Assembly (NCBI GenBank): GCA_051884805.1
Contig: JBJEWA010000140.1
Coordinates: forward strand, 342 to 64,341
Length of the DNA stretch: 64,000 nt
DNA from: Kiritimatiellia bacterium
GTDB lineage: Bacteria > Verrucomicrobiota > Kiritimatiellia > RFP12 > UBA1067
Direction of reading: 5' to 3'
Shown: one piece after another, positions 62,450-64,000 of the stretch
Numbering within the stretch: the stretch's first letter is position 1
Layout of the letters: the number at the start of each line of letters is the position of its first letter
Position numbers and translations under genes: made by a program
The notes under the pieces: model-generated
Seen by the model: only the letters and a program-made list of their open reading frames with translations
Told to the model about the DNA's origin: nothing
Database searches by the model: none

Positions 62450-63811
62450 TCAGACCTCCCAGCCCTTGGCGTATTCGCGGCTCCACAGCTCCGCCGCCGC
62501 GCCCCTGTTGAGCAGCTTGCCGGTCTTCGGATCGATCCGGATCGCCTCGCCCGTCGTCTGCGCGATGTTGCCCAGGAGCGCGAGCATCGTCGACTTCGTG
62601 CCGATGTCCGCATTGGACGCGGCCAGCTCCGGCGTATTGGCGCGGATGCAGTCCACGAAATTGGCGAAATGGAACCGCGTCGAATCCTTCGAGCCGCCGC
62701 CCGCACGGTTGTTGTAGTCGGCGGCCTCCTCCTGCTCCTCCTTCGGCATCGTACCCCATTCGCGGACGAACTGGCCATCCGCGTCAAAGAGGCGCACCTC
62801 CGTCCCTTCCATGAAGTAGACGCTGCCCTTCTCGCCGTAGACCATGCATCCCGTGCCCAGGCCCATGTAGGGGTTCGCGTCCACGCAGGAGGTTCCCTCC
62901 CAGGTGATCAGCTGCCCGCCCGGAAACTCCATGCTGACGGTCTGCGTGTCCGGCCACTCCCAGTCCTGGTCGGACGGCTGGAAGTAGCGTCCGCCTGCCG
63001 AGGTGACGCGCTCGGGCCACTCGGCGCCAAGGCACCACCGCGCGACGTCCACGAAATGAACCGAATTGTTGCCGCACTCGCCCGTGCCCCACTTGCGGAA
63101 CCAATGCCAGTTGTAGGGCACGAGATTGTCGCGAAACGCCTCGCGCGGCGCCGTCGCCTGCCAGAGGTCCCAGTCAAGCCACTCGGGCGCCGCCACCACC
63201 TTGCCGCGGCCGATCGGACTCCGCTTCGTGTGGTACCAGCACTTGGCGTAGCGCGCCTTGCCGATGAGGTTCCCCGCGCGGATCTCCTGCAGGGCCTGGA
63301 TGTATCCGGGGCGGCTCCGGCGCTGGCTGCCCATCTGGAAGCACATGCCGGTCCGCTTCCACGTGTCGCGTATGACCTCGCATTCGTGCGGACAGAACGC
63401 GCAGGGCTTCTCGACATAGACATGCTTGCCGGCCCGCATCGCCATGACCGCCGAGTAGGCGTGGAAGTGATCTGGCGTTACGGACACGACGCCGTCGACG
63501 TCCTTCATCTCCAGCACCTTGCGGAAGTCCTTCTCCTTGCGGGGCAGGACGCCAGTTTGCTCGCGGATCAGCTCCGCTGCAAAGTCCATCGCCCGCGAAT
63601 CGACGTCGCAGACGCAGACGACATCCACCCCGGGCACCTTGAGGACGTTTCCGAGGACCGCTTCGCCGCGGCCGCCGCTGCGGCATCCGGCGAAGGCAAG
63701 GCGGATGCGCGACGAAGGCGCGTCATCGCCGAAAAGACGCGACGACGAGGCGATGAAGAAGGCGCCGGCGCCGGCCCTGACGAATTCCCTGCGATTCATG
63801 TGCATGTGCAT
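62450..63811 (-). CDS. TAT-exported Gfo/Idh/MocA-family NAD-binding protein (possibly a GH109-type NAD-dependent glycosidase)
   Basis: About 450 aa. Twin-arginine signal MNRREFVRAGAGAFFIASS. Rossmann N-terminus (IRLAFAGC) and a Gfo/Idh/MocA-like C-terminal region. Start codon uncertain (ATGs at 63811, 63805 and 63799). Confidence 0.7.
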   Translation of the reverse strand: MHMHMNRREFVRAGAGAFFIASSSRLFGDDAPSSRIRLAFAGCRSGGRGEAVLGNVLKVPGVDVVCVCDVDSRAMDFAAELIREQTGVLPRKEKDFRKVLEMKDVDGVVSVTPDHFHAYSAVMAMRAGKHVYVEKPCAFCPHECEVIRDTWKRTGMCFQMGSQRRSRPGYIQALQEIRAGNLIGKARYAKCWYHTKRSPIGRGKVVAAPEWLDWDLWQATAPREAFRDNLVPYNWHWFRKWGTGECGNNSVHFVDVARWCLGAEWPERVTSAGGRYFQPSDQDWEWPDTQTVSMEFPGGQLITWEGTSCVDANPYMGLGTGCMVYGEKGSVYFMEGTEVRLFDADGQFVREWGTMPKEEQEEAADYNNRAGGGSKDSTRFHFANFVDCIRANTPELAASNADIGTKSTMLALLGNIAQTTGEAIRIDPKTGKLLNRGAAAELWSREYAKGWEV

Positions 63812-63833
63812 TCCCCCTGTCAACAAGTTCGCG

Positions 63834-64000
63834 TCACGACGGCGTCTCCGCTTTCCTGAAGAAGGCCTCGACGGCGGCCCTTTCCTCCGGCGTGTCGGGG
63901 AAGAGCCGCGTCCCGGCGCAAAGCCCGACGACGGTCGCGAAAAAGGAGATCGGCGTCATGACCGTCATCTCGCGGAGCGCGGGATGCCAGCCGCCGACGG
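63834..64000 (-). CDS. 3' end of a membrane (transporter-like) protein gene; 5' part lies beyond the window
   Basis: Reverse-strand frame gives ...VGGWHPALREMTVMTPISFFATVVGLCAGTRLFPDTPEERAAVEAFFRKAETPS* (stop at 63834-63836). Hydrophobic helix then a cytoplasmic tail, resembling sodium:solute symporter or MFS C-termini. Partial, so low confidence. Confidence 0.4.
   Translation of the reverse strand, partial: VGGWHPALREMTVMTPISFFATVVGLCAGTRLFPDTPEERAAVEAFFRKAETPS

Overview
This 64 kb window is high-GC (roughly 65-68%) bacterial chromosomal DNA from a Gram-negative organism (a Kdo transferase is present), probably a strict or facultative anaerobe. It carries an electron-bifurcating-type [FeFe] hydrogenase HydABC, a type III glutamine synthetase and many secreted glycan-active proteins. 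The gene content (DUF4838-like proteins, proteins with autotransporter-associated beta-strand repeats, a GH29 fucosidase, a sialate-O-acetylesterase fusion, an LRR lipoprotein) suggests a PVC-type glycan degrader (Lentisphaerota, Kiritimatiellota or Verrucomicrobiota); that placement is inference only. I count about 45 protein genes. All but two (a XylR-like regulator and a SWIM-SNF2 helicase) are on the minus strand. The large plus-strand ORFs in the supplied track are antisense shadows typical of high-GC DNA. I found no rRNA, tRNA, CRISPR, integrase or transposase. Main blocks, from the start of the window: (1) a glnK-amtB nitrogen operon with a consensus sigma54 promoter; the amtB gene is not in the ORF track, I found it by manual translation, and it runs off the window start. 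(2) Housekeeping genes: mtnN, mtaD, coaB, an AICARFT-only purH, rluA-family, queA, waaA, serA, tpiA, obg, panB, pyrB and icd. (3) A surface/glycan block: a roughly 1000 aa beta-helical repeat protein, a beta-helix plus SASA esterase fusion, a divergent XylR-type regulator, and a 144 bp tandem-repeat intergenic element. (4) A low-GC (about 50%) 2.1 kb islet encoding two secreted proteins, one a lipase-like alpha/beta hydrolase. (5) A run of glutamine-dependent enzymes (carB-glmS-pyrG-carA-purF) ending in glnN (GS-III), which has its own sigma54 promoter. (6) hydCBA. (7) A roughly 10 kb five-gene operon of secreted proteins: a TAT-signal Gfo/Idh/MocA (GH109-like) protein plus two nested paralog pairs, one pair DUF4838-like, that share a CxCxxC cysteine cluster. 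This operon is my best candidate for an undescribed glycan-processing system. All function calls rest on motifs I recognised by eye. No database searches were run.
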